This document shows positions 62,161 to 64,000 of a stretch of 64,000 bases of DNA, piece after piece. Under the pieces are notes generated by a model. That model made no database searches. It was not told where the DNA came from and saw only the letters and a program-made list of their open reading frames with translations. The DNA lies in NCBI GenBank assembly GCA_977016875.1, contig CDRNST010000214.1, positions 186,001 through 250,000 on the forward strand, read 5' to 3'. This DNA comes from Pavona decussata (Eukaryota). The translations under genes were made by a program, and so were the position numbers. How positions within the stretch are numbered: position 1 is the first letter of the stretch; each line of letters opens with the position of its first letter.

Positions 62161-62600
62161 AGTGCACCTAACCCCCAAATTTTTTTTCGCTTAAATAAAT
62201 CTTTGCTCCTGTTTGAAACGCATTGAGCCTTTTTGCGCCTTTTTTCAACCAAATCTTGACTTTTTATAGGCTGTAAAAGTTACGAAATCTAGCCATCATT
62301 TGTCCCATGACCGAGCTAGTAAGGGGCATGGGTCTATTCCTTACTTGACGTCACAAACTGCTTTGCATGCATTTTCACAAAGACTTAATACAATGCAAAT
62401 CAGTTTGTGACGTCAAGTAAGGAATAGACCCATGCCCCTCACTAGCTCGGTCATGGGACAAATGATGGCTAGATTTCGTAACTGTTACAGTCTATAAAAA
62501 GTCAAGATTTGGTTAGAAAAGGTGCTAAATAGCAAAATATGTTTCGAACAGGTGCAAAGATTGATGTAAGAGAAAAAAACAATTTGGTGTGAGGTGCACT
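62161..62600. mobile_element. Fold-back Kolobok-type MITE, 440 bp
   Basis: TTAA|AGTGCACCT...AGGTGCACT|TTAA; inner arms of ~130 bp near-perfectly complementary. Confidence 0.92.
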
Positions 62601-64000
62601 TTAAGCATTAACCTTTGGTGATATTAGACTGGGAGTGTACATGTTTTGCAAGTCATCTCAAATTTGCTTAATCTACCAAGCTGCCGATGCATGAAAAGGG
62701 AGCATTACATTAAGCAATATATGGTATAACTTAAGGATGGTGCTTCCTTTTGCTACTGTGCATATGTTCTGCACGTCTTGGGATTGTCTGGGAAACTTCG
62801 ATTTCTTTTCCAGTGACTGTTACATCCACCCTCTTATTAGTCCTCCAAATCGCAATGCTAAACCCTTTGGATACCCCTCCCCTCCCCTCTCCCCCCCCTC
62901 CCCCGCCAAAAAAAAAAAAAAAAACCTATGGACTGTTAGCTAAGAATTTCAAAACTAAGTTTGAACTGCATTTAATTCCTTTCGATAATTAGTCCCCCCT
63001 TAAAAAATGAGCCCCCAAAAAGTCCTTTGAATGAATATCAGCCTGGATACTTAGTATCCAAGAATACAGGTATTTACTCTAAGAGTCAAAGAACTTTGCA
63101 TAAAAACATAACAATTACAGTCAATCCAAGTCACACGTGACCAGTATTTCTGAGAATGAAATGAACATTCAAATTTCTCTTTGTAATGTCCGACACTTGA
63201 ATGGAATGTTAAACATTTCTGTAGAAATCTTTCCAAAAAAGATCCAATAACTGAAAAAAAAAAAAAAAAAAGATTCAAAATACTTGGGATACAATTGTTA
63301 TTCTTGAAATAGCTTTATAAGGTCAATAACCTCGGGAAATTTCTACGGGAACTCTGAAATCTCGCCGGCAATGTTAAAAACTGACAGTCATGTAAATTTC
63401 AAAACACCATTCAAATTTCAAAAATACCGGTCACACACAATGTGGATTGACTGTAAATTTGGCCTAATCCCTCTTGCAAGCTAACTTCAGTTGGTAACTA
63501 TGCAAACAGGAGTTAGATCATTACAAAGCAATGATCAAGGATTCACCACAGTACTTCTTTTTTTCTTATTTATTTATTAATGAATCCATTGCCAATATTT
63601 ATTTTACAGGGTAGCTTATTGACCAGAAGATGGTTACCTAATGAACTGAAAGTACAACTTAAAGTTTATTCCATTCCACTGTTCCATGAAGTCAATTGAA
63701 AAGTTTGATCCAGAGTCTATAACAATGCTCTCTCTAACCTATTGCTTTTTGAAAACAAGACTAAAGACCCTTTCATGGTCTTTAAGCTTTGTGCACGGCT
63801 GCGTTGTTTGATTGGCATTAAGTCTACTTTTGTTTTTGTTTGATGCCATTATTCTTCATTCTAGTTAAAAATATTAGTAACAATGTTATTAATAATCATT
63901 GGATGTGTTTCTGACCATGAGTGCATTAAATCATTCATAGCCAGTCTTAGATCTTGAACAACAAAAACTTGTTGCGTGGCTGATGATCTGGCAGTGCCAG

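Overview
AT-rich eukaryotic DNA; the repeat families and proteins look cnidarian, probably stony coral (inference). Almost the whole window is one minus-strand gene, nucleoporin Nup85. I traced 21 coding exons by hand from 60107 down to the stop at 4105, all GT-AG and phase-compatible, giving about 574 codons; the N-terminal ~95 aa were not found and probably lie beyond the right edge. The introns (up to 14.7 kb) are filled with MITEs, SINEs, LINE 3' ends, a Penelope remnant with a minimal hammerhead ribozyme, an 85/86-bp satellite and a dispersed ~96-105-bp repeat. Two deleted DNA transposons keep the 5' ends of both their genes (Kolobok-like: THAP plus P2X7-ballast/KolX-like; Pangu-like: transposase plus Myb/SANT). 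The most novel-looking item is a duplicated, intronless 72-78 aa ORF with a TATA+Inr promoter and signs of coding constraint, nested in an intron directly downstream of units of the satellite. Possible decayed 7TM coding sequences lie in the last intron. All family assignments are from memory, without database searches.
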